DNA from: an uncultured Verrucomicrobiae bacterium
GTDB lineage: Bacteria; Verrucomicrobiota; Verrucomicrobiia; Chthoniobacterales; Terrimicrobiaceae
Assembly (NCBI GenBank): GCA_963706955.1
Contig: CAVPOC010000007.1
Span: forward strand, 50,086-114,085
Length of the DNA: 64,000 nt
Direction of reading: 5' to 3'
The notes below the pieces were generated by a model that worked only from the letters and a program-made list of their open reading frames with translations, did not search any database and was not told the DNA's origin. Below are positions 44,751-54,619 of the stretch, in pieces. The number at the start of each line of letters is the position of its first letter. Position 1 is the first letter of the stretch. The position numbers were made by a program, and so were the translations under genes.

Positions 44751-45668
44751 ATGAACACCGAATTCTACACTTTTGGCGAAATCCTCTGGGACTGTCTGCC
44801 CTCCGGGCGGCATGCTGGTGGAGCGCCATTCAACGTCGCCGCTCACCTCGTCCAGTTGGGTGTCTCAGCGTCTCTGATCTCAGCGATCGGCCAGGATCCG
44901 CTCGGCGACGAGATCCTGAAGGTGGCCCAAGACAAAGGAGTCAACACACAGTTTGTAACCCGTGCGCGCATCGGTCTCGCCACCGGAACTGTTCTAGCAA
45001 CTGTGGACGCCTGCGGGAACGCGACCTACGAACTCGTTCAACCGGTGGCTTGGGACGAGATTAGAGTTCTTCCGACAACCGTGGAAGCTGTTGCGCAGGC
45101 CCGCGGACTCATCTTCGGCTCGCTCGCAGGCCGGTCACCATACAACCTCGATCAGTTGAATCTCCTGCTGGCAATCGAAGGCCCGATGAAATTCTTCGAT
45201 GTCAATCTGCGCCCTCCCTTCGGCCAACCGGAGCTGGTCATGAACCTTGCGAAGCATGCCGATGTCATCAAACTCAACGATGACGAAGCTGGCAAGCTTG
45301 CTTCTTGGGTGCGTACTGGCGAAGCGAAGCTGGATACGCCGCGAAGCCTTGATGCTCTTGACGAAGCCTGCGCAGCCTTGGCGAAAGCAACCAACACCTC
45401 TCGGATCTGCGTCACGAGGGGGGCCGATGGCGCGGCGTTGTGGGAGAGCGGAAATCTGGTCTCTGCCCCGGCTCCTAAAGTGGCCATTAAGGACACGGTC
45501 GGCGCGGGCGACTCATTCATGGCGGGCCTGATGGTCGGACTAACACATGGCACGGACACACAAAAGGTGCTGGAAGACGCCTGTCGTGTCGGCGCCTTCG
45601 TTGCCTCGCACGACGGAGCGACGCCCTTGCTGCCGACGGAGATCACTCAGGAATTCAAAAGCAGGTAG
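44751..45668 (+). CDS. PfkB family carbohydrate kinase (fructokinase-like)
   Basis: FGEILWD.LP.G...GGAPFNVA.HL, FDVNLRPP, KLNDDE, DTVGAGDSF. Confidence 0.92.
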   Translation: MNTEFYTFGEILWDCLPSGRHAGGAPFNVAAHLVQLGVSASLISAIGQDPLGDEILKVAQDKGVNTQFVTRARIGLATGTVLATVDACGNATYELVQPVAWDEIRVLPTTVEAVAQARGLIFGSLAGRSPYNLDQLNLLLAIEGPMKFFDVNLRPPFGQPELVMNLAKHADVIKLNDDEAGKLASWVRTGEAKLDTPRSLDALDEACAALAKATNTSRICVTRGADGAALWESGNLVSAPAPKVAIKDTVGAGDSFMAGLMVGLTHGTDTQKVLEDACRVGAFVASHDGATPLLPTEITQEFKSR

Positions 45669-45736
45669 CCGCTTCCCGTCGCAAGGGGTTCCCTACATCT
45701 CACGGCAACTTCAGCATGGGTTAGAGAGGAAATGAG

Positions 45737-46893
45737 TTGAAACCTTTTAATTACCGGCATCCTACAGAAATCATATTTGGATGTGGGCGCTTCGCCGAGT
45801 TGGGATCAATCGTAACTAGGTTCGGCCTCAAATGTCTGCTTGTGAGTGAACAGAAAACCGGCCCCCTTCGCGACATTTACGACAAAGCCGAACAGTTTCT
45901 GGCGACGGAAGGCGTCGAGTTTGAGCATTTTGATGGTGTTATTCCTAATCCAACAGTCGAAATCGTTTCAGACGGGGCCAAGCTCGCGAAGGCCTTCCGA
46001 CCGAACGTTATATTGGGCATTGGGGGAGGGTCGAGCCTCGACTCTGCAAAAGCGATCGCAGTGGAGGCAACTCACGAAGGATCCTGCTGGGACTATCTCT
46101 TCTTCAAGAACAAACCGACCGACCGGACCCTTCCGATAGTCGCGGTTGGAACAACCGCAGGCACGGGCTCGCAGGTCACCCAGGTAGCGGTAGTGACGCA
46201 AACTGCTACTCGCGATAAATCGGCTCTCTACGACAATCATCTAATCCCTCGAGTTGCGTTGGTGGATCCTGAATTGACCCTATCACTTCCAGCCAAAATC
46301 ACCGCTGTTACGGGATTCGACGTATTCTGCCACGCGTTTGAATCGACACTGAACCCAGGCAGTAATCCGATGTCGGAAATTGTGGCCTGGGAAGCGATTC
46401 GACACGTGATCACCGATTTGCCAACTTTAATACAGGATGGCCACAACCTTAGGGGTCGAAGCAGTTTAGCTTGGGCAGACACCTTGGCTGGTCTGTCCAT
46501 TTGCGCCGCCGGAACCACTCTGCCTCATGGAATTGCTATGGCAATCGGCGGGATGTACCCGGCGTGGCTCACGGCGCAGCGCTCGCCAGTATCTATCTGG
46601 CGTGTATGAAATTTTCCTGGCAATCCGCGATACGTCAGTTTGCGAAGCTCGGGCGGATTCTGGATATTTCGTTACATCAGGCCGATGATGGAATGGCAGC
46701 TCAGTCGAGCATCGAATTGTTTGCGAAGTTTCTGGCTCGAATCGAGCTAAACTACTCGCTGAAGCAGCTGGGTGTTTCGGAGGAGGAATTATCGGCACTC
46801 GCTAAGCAGTCGATGGTGCTTCCAGATTACACAAAAAATCCAAAAATACCGACCGGCACTGAAATGCTCTCGATAATTAAGCAATCCTTTTAG
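45737..46893 (+). CDS. iron-containing alcohol dehydrogenase (frameshift near 46559)
   Basis: F.Y.HPT.I.FG.G, PNP, GGGSSLD.AK, TTAGTGS, D.FCHAFE, LPH joined to GVAHG..LA. Confidence 0.88.
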
Positions 46894-46942
46894 CGTTATG
46901 CAGCCCTGTCGGTCCAACGGTTTATGGCCGTTATGCAGGAGA

Positions 46943-48121
46943 CTACGTCGAGCTTGCTGCTATGCTCTTATTCGCCAGACGAAATGCACGCGGGGTCATT
47001 TTAGTTTGAGTGCGAAAAACGCGGAAGAAATGATTGAGGTTTCCAAATCCAGATTTCATCGCGACAGTAGCGATGGCCAACTCAGTGGATTCCAACAGCG
47101 TGCGGGCATGATTCACGCGAATTCGTAGAATTTCAGCTAGGATGCTTCGATCAAGCTCCTTTCGAAATGCTTTTTCCAAAAATCGACGAGATAAGTTGCA
47201 CTCTTCGACGACAGAAGAAACCGACAAGTCTTTTCGAACGAAATTGGCCCGTATGTAGCGGCTAGCTTTAGCCACCTCCGGATGTTCAATGGCGAGCACA
47301 TCTGTGCTCTTTCGAGTTATGACTCCTTTTGGCGCTATCCGCTCGGGCACTATAGGCGCCGCCCGACCCTCCATCAATCGATCCAATAAGGCAGCTGCCT
47401 GATAGGCCATTCCCTCAAGATCGTGTCGGACGCTGGTTAGTGGCACTTGCGCGCACTCACAAAGGATCGGATCATTATCCACTCCAATGACCGCAACTTC
47501 CTGCGGAATATGGATTCCTGCCTCAATGCACGCGTCCATGATATCCGTAGCAACATAGTCATTGTAGCAGAAGATACCGACAGGATGATGTAACGAGCGA
47601 ATCGCGCGGATCAACGATCTGCGGCGCAAGGTCCAGTTTAGGTGCCTGCTGTGGGAGGCCTCTTTACGATTGCTTACTGGAATCAGTCGAACACACTCAT
47701 ATCCAGCGGCCTGTAGGGATCGAGAAAAACCAAGATAGCGCTCTTTGTTCACTTGATCGTCCCAGAATGGAGCCCAGGCAAAGCTCTTAAAATTACGCTG
47801 AAGAAGATGCTCCGAAGCCAGACGGCCTATCGCCTCGTTATCCTCACCCACATGAGGCAAGCCTAAATCCTGGCGAACGGACGAAATTTCAACCGCGGGC
47901 ACGTCTGCCGACTTTACGTAATTGGCGAGCTCTTCCCAATATCCCACAAAAGAGAGGATTCCATCGCCTTTCCACCCTATCGGGACCATGGACGCGTAGA
48001 TTGTATCGGCCACCAGATGCCAGTGATGTTGTACCGCGTACCGCGATGCGCCCCGGTAGAAACCGTGGTGGGTCGCGGAAGTTATTGCTAGCAGAACTGT
48101 GCGCTTACGACGCGTGCGCAT
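46943..48121 (-). CDS. XylR-type transcriptional activator (periplasmic-binding-fold sensor plus AraC HTH)
   Basis: GDGI, DNEAIG.LA.EHLL.R.FK.FA, PVGIFCYND, P.EVAVIGVDND..C....PLTSV, R.STD.LA, C-terminal AraC HTH. Confidence 0.92.
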   Translation of the reverse strand: MRTRRKRTVLLAITSATHHGFYRGASRYAVQHHWHLVADTIYASMVPIGWKGDGILSFVGYWEELANYVKSADVPAVEISSVRQDLGLPHVGEDNEAIGRLASEHLLQRNFKSFAWAPFWDDQVNKERYLGFSRSLQAAGYECVRLIPVSNRKEASHSRHLNWTLRRRSLIRAIRSLHHPVGIFCYNDYVATDIMDACIEAGIHIPQEVAVIGVDNDPILCECAQVPLTSVRHDLEGMAYQAAALLDRLMEGRAAPIVPERIAPKGVITRKSTDVLAIEHPEVAKASRYIRANFVRKDLSVSSVVEECNLSRRFLEKAFRKELDRSILAEILRIRVNHARTLLESTELAIATVAMKSGFGNLNHFFRVFRTQTKMTPRAFRLANKSIAASST

Positions 48122-48285
48122 ATTGCGATATTTTGGCGATCTTTTTGCGCAAATTAGTGCTATTCACTGAAGATTCAAGCTGGATATACTTTTGAGCGGA
48201 ACAAATCGTTGTTGTGCCCACGGCGAAAGAACGTCTTACCAAGCAACCCCTCAACCCTGCCGAGAACAAGAAGAGACCTATGAAA
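48085..48285 (+). promoter_or_regulatory. XylR-linked divergent promoter cassette, copy B (overlaps the regulator's first codons)
   Basis: TGCGCA repeats 31 bp apart, TTCACT-16-TATACT, GAACAAGAAGA..ATGAA. Confidence 0.75.
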
Positions 48286-48567
48286 AGAGCATCTCGCTTT
48301 CCTGTCAGTCATCTCCTTCATCTAGGACCATCGGGCGGAAGATGAGAATCGAAATCCGGGTTCGTCGGACCCCGACGCGTTCAACAATTCGAATATCGAA
48401 TCGGCGGACGTCGTCATCTTCACCTGCGATGTGCGGATCAAGCCGGGGGGCCCTTTCCCGCCAAATCGATTTACGAAACCCGCTCCAGCGTCGCAATCCT
48501 TCTCTGCATCAACGCGGGGCCTGAAAAAAGCAATTTCCCTGATCATAAATAGCAATCAACAAATCCA

Positions 48568-49515
48568 ATGAAAAAACAATATATCAAGAACCTATTAGGT
48601 GTATGTCTGGTCATGGTGGTAGGCCTGACAACAGCTAGTTCAGCAGACAAGAAGGTCAAAGTCGGGATGGCCGTCCAGGATCTAAGCAATCCGACATGGG
48701 CAGGCTATTGTCAGGCTATCAAAAAGGAGGTCGAATCTAAGGGTGGAAGTTTGAATTTCGTTTCCTGTGAAAGCAATGTTAACAAGCAAATCACTCAAAT
48801 CGAAAACTTCGTCTCAAGCGGCGTCAATGTTTTGATTGTTCATCCAGCTGACCCCGCAGGGGTGGAAGACGCTTTAAAACAAGCAAGGGAAAAGGGGATA
48901 AAGGTCCTCGCCTGGGACGACAACCTTGAGAACGCCGATCTGGCTTGGCTGATCGACAATCGTAAATTGGGGAATGTAATCGGCGAACAGGCTGCCAAGT
49001 GGATCAATGAAAAACTTGGCGGAAAAGCAGAGGTCGCCATCCTTAATTACCCGCAGTTACCGATCTTGCTGGAACGAGGAAATGGCATTAAGGAAGCCAT
49101 TATTAAGGGAGCGCCAAATGCGAAAATCGTAGCAGAGACCAGTGCCATCAATCCTGCTGAAGGCATTTCCAAGATGGAGACGATCTTCCAGTCCAACCCT
49201 AATGTCAAAGTTGTTGGATGTATCGGCGGTGGCGGCTCGGTGGGTGCCAATGAAGCGGCAAAAGCAGGAAACAAAATCACAGACGACTTCGGCATCTTCG
49301 CAGCTGATGCAACCCAACCGGAACTTCTCGCGATCAAGAACAATGAGGGCGTCAGAATGAGCGTAACGATTACGGGCACCAATAAGGTCATCGCCGAAAA
49401 AGTTGCGGCCATGGTTGATCAACTGGCTTCGGGACAACCGATAGAGAAAAAAGAGGTCTATCGCGAGATGATTCCCGTCACTAAAGAGAATGTTGATGAA
49501 TACATCGTCAAGTAA
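48568..49515 (+). CDS. sugar ABC transporter substrate-binding protein (RbsB-like)
   Basis: Signal peptide, VG..VQDLSNP.W, KQI.QIENF, periplasmic binding protein type 1 pattern. Confidence 0.9.
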   Translation: MKKQYIKNLLGVCLVMVVGLTTASSADKKVKVGMAVQDLSNPTWAGYCQAIKKEVESKGGSLNFVSCESNVNKQITQIENFVSSGVNVLIVHPADPAGVEDALKQAREKGIKVLAWDDNLENADLAWLIDNRKLGNVIGEQAAKWINEKLGGKAEVAILNYPQLPILLERGNGIKEAIIKGAPNAKIVAETSAINPAEGISKMETIFQSNPNVKVVGCIGGGGSVGANEAAKAGNKITDDFGIFAADATQPELLAIKNNEGVRMSVTITGTNKVIAEKVAAMVDQLASGQPIEKKEVYREMIPVTKENVDEYIVK

Positions 49516-49633
49516 GCCGCCCACCGTATGAATTCACCTTGCGTGTATGGCCTGGAATTCCGCATCGGGTATCGCCAGGCTATGCGTGAGGTAATCACGG
49601 CGGCAGAGGCTCGCAATGCATAAATAATAAATT

Positions 49634-51112
49634 ATGTATATTTTGCAGTTACAAAATATAACGAAGAAATATCCAGGCGTCGTTGCGCTGAACGACGTCA
49701 GCATTGACGTTGTCAAAGGCGAAGCACATGCATTGGTCGGGGAGAACGGCGCCGGCAAATCGACATTGATCAAGAGTTGCACAGGCGCAGTCGTCCCGGA
49801 TAGTGGCAAGATAATTGTCCAAGGCAAGGAGTTTTCGTCTCTCACCCCCACGTCCTCTGAAGAAAACGGAATTGGGGTAATTTATCAGGAATTCAATCTG
49901 GTGGGGGAACTTTCTGTCGCGGAAAATATCTTTCTGGGAAGAGCCATTAGAAAAGGGATCATTATCGATCAGAAGGCTATGGTCAGGGAGTCTGAAGCCA
50001 TCTTCAAGCAGTTCAACATCGATATCGATCCGAACGGGTTGGTTAGTAATCTGACTGTCGGTTATCAACAGCTCGTAGAAATCGCCAAAGCCATATCGCA
50101 AAAGGCAAAAATTTTGATCATGGACGAGCCGTCCGCGCCGTTAACCAAGGCCGAGGCGGAACGGCTTTATGAAATGGTAGAGAAACTGAAGGCCTCAGGG
50201 GTAACGATCATCTACATCTCGCATCGGATGGAGGAAATTTTCAGGCTGACAGATCGGATCACCGTGTTGAGGGATGGTCAAAAAATTGCCACCTTAAACA
50301 CGCGCGATACGAATCTGGACGCCCTGGTCAAACTCATGGTTGGTCGTGAGCTTAAAGAAACCTACCCGAAGCGAAAGGATTGCATTTCTGATGAGGTTTT
50401 GCTGGATGTCCAGAATTTAACTGGAAACGGGGTGCACGATGTCACCTTTCAAATCCGGAAAGGCGAAGTGTTGGGATTTGCGGGACTGATTGGCGCAGGT
50501 CGAACGGAGCTGGCGGAAGTGCTTTTTGGAGCGAAGCGGAAAACCGGCGGAACCGTGGTCCTGAATGGCAAGCAGAGCGATCCGAAATCGCCTCGAGAAG
50601 CCATTGACACCGGGATTGCGCTTGTTCCGGAAGATAGGAAAAAGCAGGGGGCATTGATGGAAGTAGACATCCGGGGCAATATCAGCATGGCGATCATTGA
50701 AAGGATATCGAAATTCTTCACGGTCAATAAGACCGAAGAAAAGCGTATCGCCAATTACTATAAGGATGCCATCAGGATCAAGACCCCGACTATCGAGCAG
50801 AAGATTAAGAACCTGAGTGGCGGCAACCAGCAAAAGGTCATTATCGCCAGATGGCTGGCATCCGAACCGACCCTGGTCATTTTCGATGAACCGACCAGGG
50901 GAATCGATGTTGGTGCGAAATCTGAAATTTACGCATTGGTAAATGAACTGGTCGAATCGGGTAAGGCTGTGCTGATGATTTCTTCGGAAATGGAAGAAGT
51001 CATGGGGATGTCGGATCGAATTATCGTTCTGCGGGAAGGGCGAATATCCGGAATGTTGAATCGAGCAGAATTTAATCAAGAAACCATCATGGCCTTTGCG
51101 TCCCGATCCTGA
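49634..51112 (+). CDS. sugar ABC transporter ATP-binding protein (RbsA-like)
   Basis: [39 protein letters not shown]. Confidence 0.95.
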   Translation: MYILQLQNITKKYPGVVALNDVSIDVVKGEAHALVGENGAGKSTLIKSCTGAVVPDSGKIIVQGKEFSSLTPTSSEENGIGVIYQEFNLVGELSVAENIFLGRAIRKGIIIDQKAMVRESEAIFKQFNIDIDPNGLVSNLTVGYQQLVEIAKAISQKAKILIMDEPSAPLTKAEAERLYEMVEKLKASGVTIIYISHRMEEIFRLTDRITVLRDGQKIATLNTRDTNLDALVKLMVGRELKETYPKRKDCISDEVLLDVQNLTGNGVHDVTFQIRKGEVLGFAGLIGAGRTELAEVLFGAKRKTGGTVVLNGKQSDPKSPREAIDTGIALVPEDRKKQGALMEVDIRGNISMAIIERISKFFTVNKTEEKRIANYYKDAIRIKTPTIEQKIKNLSGGNQQKVIIARWLASEPTLVIFDEPTRGIDVGAKSEIYALVNELVESGKAVLMISSEMEEVMGMSDRIIVLREGRISGMLNRAEFNQETIMAFASRS

Positions 51113-51132
51113 AAAAGCATAGGAATATTCCA

Positions 51133-52101
51133 ATGAAATACTTCGAAAAACTGAAAGTCGCGGCTGGCGCTGTAGAGTTCTTAAAAAGATACGGAATATA
51201 TGTCGTGCTTCTGGCGCTGATCATATTTTTCTCGATCGCGACAGAGAATTTTTTTCGCTCCAGCAATCTGCTTAATGTTGCCAGGCAGGTATCTATGCTC
51301 GGCATTGCGGCGGTCGGCTTCGCGTTTGTTCTGCTGTTGGGGGGCATAGACCTGTCGATTGGGTCGGTGGTTACATTGGTGAACATTGTCGCAGCGTGGT
51401 TGATGGTCAACGCCGCGATGAATCCTATTTTGGCCAGCATTGTGGCATTGATAATGAGCGCCGCGATCGGATTTACTAATGGATGGATTATTGCCAATAT
51501 TAGAATGCCGCCCCTGATCGTGACCCTGGCGATGATGATTATCGTTGAAGGGGTGGCCTACATGATTTGTAAGGGACTCCCGATTTACGGGTTTCCAAAA
51601 TCCTTCGCGGTGATAGGGCAGGGATATGTAGGCCCCATTCCAATTCCGGTGATCATCATGGCTATCATCTTGGCTATCGGATCGTTCATCCTAAATAAGA
51701 CGTATTTTGGCAGATATTTTTACGCGGTTGGCGGCAATGAACAGGCTGCAAATCTATCGGGAATCAAAGTTAATAATGTAAAATATCTGGTGTATACGCT
51801 GTCGGGACTCTTCGCGGGAATCGCGGGCATCGTTATCTTGTCCAGGACGAACTCGGCTCAGGTTTTGTCTGGCAAAGGACTGGAATTCGACGTGTTGACA
51901 GCATGTGTTCTCGGTGGTGTAAGTGTGACGGGTGGCTTCGGCAAGATTTCCAATGTGGTTGCCGGCGTCCTGATTCTGGGTGTTCTGAGCAATGGCCTGG
52001 TATTGCTTGACGTGAGCCAGTTTGCCCAAATGGTTATTAAGGGTGCGGTCTTGATGTTGGCCGTAGCATTCGATTGTTTGCAGCATCGCAAGGCGAGTTG
52101 A
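51133..52101 (+). CDS. sugar ABC transporter permease (RbsC-like)
   Basis: GGIDLSIGS, MPPLIVTLA, YAVGGNE.AA.LSGI, EFDVLTACVLGGVS. Confidence 0.95.
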   Translation: MKYFEKLKVAAGAVEFLKRYGIYVVLLALIIFFSIATENFFRSSNLLNVARQVSMLGIAAVGFAFVLLLGGIDLSIGSVVTLVNIVAAWLMVNAAMNPILASIVALIMSAAIGFTNGWIIANIRMPPLIVTLAMMIIVEGVAYMICKGLPIYGFPKSFAVIGQGYVGPIPIPVIIMAIILAIGSFILNKTYFGRYFYAVGGNEQAANLSGIKVNNVKYLVYTLSGLFAGIAGIVILSRTNSAQVLSGKGLEFDVLTACVLGGVSVTGGFGKISNVVAGVLILGVLSNGLVLLDVSQFAQMVIKGAVLMLAVAFDCLQHRKAS

Positions 52102-52108
52102 AACACCG

Positions 52109-52837
52109 ATGAAAACAATTGCAATTTCCAGATTAATTGGCAGCGAAGGGGCCAAAATCGGCCGGCAAGTGACCGAGGCTTTAGGATACACTTTGGTGAA
52201 TAAAAGCGTTCTGGAGGGGATATTCCGCCAATACGGGCTGGAAAAATTTGGCGAACTATATACGTCTCCACCAAATATTTGGGATTTAGCAAACGCGAGG
52301 AATTTGGAAATCGTTTCGATGTTAAATGAGACAATGGAAGCCCTAGCCCAGCGAGGGGATACGTTGATACTGGGGCGGGGTGGCTATGCCTCTCTGAGCA
52401 AGTATGCAGATGTACTCAACGTGCGCCTCCATGCCCCGTTCTCAGTCAGAGTGGAACGAGTGATGGCCCGGGAAAACATATCCGACCGCTTGCGAACTGA
52501 GCAACGAGTCAAAATAGACGACACGGCCCGGCAAAAGTTCGTCTCGATGTTCTATAACCAAGCCTGGGATAACGCATCAAACTTCGATCTGGCAATTGAT
52601 ACCGATACCATATCAACTGAGATGGCTGCGGACTGGATCATCGAAGCAGCCAGGGCACTTTCGCCAAAAGAATTCAAACCAGATGCAGTCACAGCCGAAC
52701 GGGCCAAAGTAGACCCTGCCTTATTGGACGCGATAAATATTGCCCTAGCACGCCAGGTTCCTTCTGTGAATGAGGACTCTGACCAGAAAGGAAACAGAAA
52801 CTCCGGCATAATAGCCGGAGCCTTGAAAAGGCATTAA
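52109..52837 (+). CDS. cytidylate kinase-like family protein
   Basis: IAISRLIGSEG..IG..V...LGY, LILGRGG, VRL.AP...RV.RVM, D..R..F...FY...W.....FDL.IDT. Confidence 0.85.
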   Translation: MKTIAISRLIGSEGAKIGRQVTEALGYTLVNKSVLEGIFRQYGLEKFGELYTSPPNIWDLANARNLEIVSMLNETMEALAQRGDTLILGRGGYASLSKYADVLNVRLHAPFSVRVERVMARENISDRLRTEQRVKIDDTARQKFVSMFYNQAWDNASNFDLAIDTDTISTEMAADWIIEAARALSPKEFKPDAVTAERAKVDPALLDAINIALARQVPSVNEDSDQKGNRNSGIIAGALKRH

Positions 52838-52892
52838 CGGCTCGTGGAGGGTATCAGAGAGTTTTTGATTGGGTCATCACCTGAGAGAGTTC

Positions 52893-53086
52893 TTGCTAGC
52901 TGAACTGTGCCCTTACAACGCGTGCGCATATTGCGAATATTTGTGCGCAAATTAGCGCTATTCACTGAAGGTTCAAGCTGGATATAATTTGAGCGCAACA
53001 AATCCTTCCTTCCGTTGTGCCCCACGGCGAAGAACCTTTTACCTAGTGACCCCTCAACCTGCCGACAACAAGAAGAGAACTATGAA
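52893..53086 (+). promoter_or_regulatory. XylR-linked promoter cassette, copy C
   Basis: Colinear with copy B over about 190 bp; TGCGCA repeats 21 bp apart, TTCACT-16-TATAAT, AACAAGAAGA..ATGAA. Confidence 0.75.
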
Positions 53087-53213
53087 GGCGAGAAATTGTT
53101 CGGTCGGCTCCGAGCCCCCAGATTTTTTTCATCTTAAAGTGAGTATTCAATCCTAATATGAAATGTTTGTTCATGTCAGGTGATGACAACCCCACACTAA
53201 GAGCAGAGAAAAG

Positions 53214-53943
53214 ATGGCAGAGGAATTAGAAGGTAAGGTCGCCGCTGTCACCGGTGGCGCGTCGGGCATCGGGCTGGCCAGCGCCGAGGCGATGCTTGGC
53301 GGCTGGTGCGCGCGTGGTGCTGGTCGACCGCGATGAGGCGGCGTTAACGGCACTCCGCGAAAAGCACGGCGACGCGTTGATTCCACTGGTCATCGATCTG
53401 CTCGACGCGAGGAGCTGCGCGACGTTGATGCCGCAGATCCTGGAGAAGGCAGGCCGACTCGACATCCTGCACGCCAATGCCGGCCTTTATATCGGTGGCG
53501 ACTTGGTCGATGCCAACACCGACGCGATTGATAGGATGCTGAACCTTAACGTCAACGTGGTGATGAAAAACGTCCACGATGTCTTGCCGCATATGATCGA
53601 GCGTGGTTCCGGCGACATCGTGGTGACGAGTTCGTTAGCGGCCCACTTTCCGACGCCGTGGGAGCCGGTCTATGCGTCGTCCAAATGGGCTATAAACTGC
53701 TTCGTCCAAACTGTCCGCCGCCAGGTCTTCAAGCATGGCATCCGCGTTGGCTCGATCTCGCCCGGTCCCGTCATCACCGCGCTTATCGCCGACTGGCCGG
53801 AGGAGAAATTGAAGGAGGCAAAGGAATCAGGCAGCCTAATCGAACCGAGCGAGGTGGCCAATGTGGTGATGTTCATGCTGACTCGGCCACGCGGGATGAC
53901 CATTCGCGACGTGGTCATGCTGCCCACCAATTTCGACCTCTAG
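53214..53943 (+). CDS. rbtD: ribitol 2-dehydrogenase-like SDR (frameshift near 53296)
   Basis: MAEELEGKVAAVTGGASGIG joined to LDILHANAGLYIGG, LNLNVN, WEPVYASSKWA, LTRPR..TIRDVV.LP..FDL. Confidence 0.8.
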
Positions 53944-54528
53944 ACAAGCATCGGTGAGTCAAGGGTCGAGGGCATCTTCTTGCAGGACGCAAGATGGACC
54001 TCGGAGGCAAGCGGCATCGATGATGTCGAGGAGGTTTTTCGTTTGACTGACGAATGGGCATCCCACTTCAGGCATCCTCAGCACGAACGGCTCCGCGGAA
54101 GAGCGCCGTGTCACGCAAGAGACTACCGATCGGGCATGGGCGAAAGATGTAAGCGGCAAAAGAGGCCGCCGGAGCTACTTGGGTCAGCGCGTTTTTGAGC
54201 CACGTCGATCCGGAGTAGCTGCTGTGGGGATTTTGGCTTGAGGCTTCCCTCCGGGCCATGGGCAACATGAAGGCCGGGGATATCCAGGGGTTGCAACATC
54301 GTACCGCAAGTGGTGCGCGTCTCAAGGAAGTCAGCCAGTAGTCCGACCCTTCGCACCCTGCGGCAATGCACGTGATTATCGCGGCCTCAGCCTAGCGGGG
54401 TGGTGGCGCTCGACGAAGGCGATCGTGGGAAGACAACTTGCGGCTTGTAAGCTTTACAGGCCGTCGGCCATCGAGCGCCAGCCCATTAGCTAAGGGCAGG
54501 ACCAAAATATATGCGTCGCATGGACGGC

Positions 54529-54591
54529 GTGTCGGGCGCTCCTGTCAAGCGCCCTGCGAAATCCACAGGCGCTTGGCACAAGCGCCTCCAC
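54529..54591. repeat. REP doublet, family 2
   Basis: GTCAAGCGCCC tgcgaaatcca CAGGCGCTTGGCACAAGCGCCT CCAC; direct repeat of 32844-32886. Confidence 0.75.
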
Positions 54592-54619
54592 ACCATTTCG
54601 GCATCGTATCGCCAGAGGT

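Noticed and set aside
53945..54520. Expected ribulokinase (rbtK) after rbtD
   Set aside because: No FGGY motifs recognised in the short ORFs; the region looks like unassignable decayed sequence
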